Shown one piece after another: positions 63,055-64,000 of a stretch of DNA of 64,000 nt. A program made the position numbers and the translations under genes. Within the stretch, counting starts at the first letter, position 1, and each line of letters begins with the position of its first letter. Location of the stretch: NCBI RefSeq assembly GCF_006345805.1, contig NC_043000.1, positions 118,172,001 to 118,236,000 of the forward strand, given 5' to 3'. Below the pieces are notes generated by a model. That model saw only the letters and a list, made by a program, of their open reading frames with translations, was not told where the DNA came from and searched no databases. This stretch comes from Octopus sinensis. Lineage: Eukaryota.

Positions 63055-63082
<28 letters not shown>

Positions 63083-63464
63083 CCAGCAGTATCGCCCGGC
63101 GTTGCTCGGGTTTGTAAGGGAAATAACTATAAAGCATTTTTAGAGAGTTATAGCCAAAAAACAGCAAAAAAGGCATTAAAAATGGGAAAAAAATTATGGT
63201 AAATTTTTTTAAATCGTTGATTCATCGTAGACATTTTTAGACAGTTACTTCCCTTTATTAAAAAAATATGCTTTAAAATAGAAAAAAATTATGGTAAATT
63301 ATTTTTAAAATCGTAGACTCATCGTAGACGCGCGCTAATACCCAGAAGGGCTCGATATAAATCACGACTATAAGATACCCGGTTTTGGTTAAACTGCACC
63401 GCAAAATGTGGGAGTAGTTAGGAATCTAAATCGTAGGAGACAGACACTCACACAACTTCACTTT

Positions 63465-63500
<36 letters not shown>

Positions 63501-63501
63501 A

Positions 63502-63569
<68 letters not shown>

Positions 63570-64000
63570 ATACAAAAAATGGGACAAAAACGCAAAACAT
63601 CCAGACAGTTAGATGATACAAAAAAGGGACAAGAAAAAACAAGGACAGGTCAATCAGAGTTTTCTTTCCTCAGTTGAGTTCCAGATTTTGAAAATTTAAA
63701 ACATTTTGAAAATATAAAAGATTTTTTACCTATTTTTTATTCTTTTAATTTTTGTTTTATATTTTATGTTTGCTTTTGTTGTTTTGCATCTTTGTTCTCT
63801 TAGCATTTGGGTTCATTTTTGATTTGGTTGCATCTTGGATTTTTTTTGTTGGTCAGTTATTTTTAGCGTTTTGACAGAAAAAAGTCATTATAAAATTGTT
63901 TTTTAACGTAAGCGTGCCCAAACAAATTGAATGCTTATACAGAGCAGGCTTTACAGCCACACCATGCAAACAAACCGGGTGAAACCGGGCTTAGCTACTA

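Overview
AT-rich, repeat-saturated animal genomic DNA. The SINE families and microsatellite load resemble Octopus/coleoid cephalopod sequence (inference from recalled repeat families, not a search). The only host gene I can support is a plus-strand OATP/SLCO4-like organic anion transporter. Ten coding exons (1384-44465) splice in frame through GT-AG junctions into 607 codons plus stop, and its first coding exon lies upstream of the window. The rest is mobile DNA and its derivatives: at least four tRNA-headed SINE families, Tc1 and mariner remnants, non-autonomous Helitrons, CR1/RTE LINE tails, a Penelope-like GIY-YIG element, a minimal hammerhead ribozyme, an (AAT)n-flanked element and several large foldback palindromes. 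The most interesting item is a complete, TSD-flanked 1.65-kb retroposon (56145-57792) that encodes only a gag/ORF1-like zinc-knuckle protein and shares its 3' tail with the most abundant local SINE. Almost all short ORFs in the supplied track are microsatellite or SINE translations. I found no rRNA, bona fide tRNA or CRISPR. Repeat boundaries are approximate (about +/-10-30 bp) unless TSD/TIR positions are stated.
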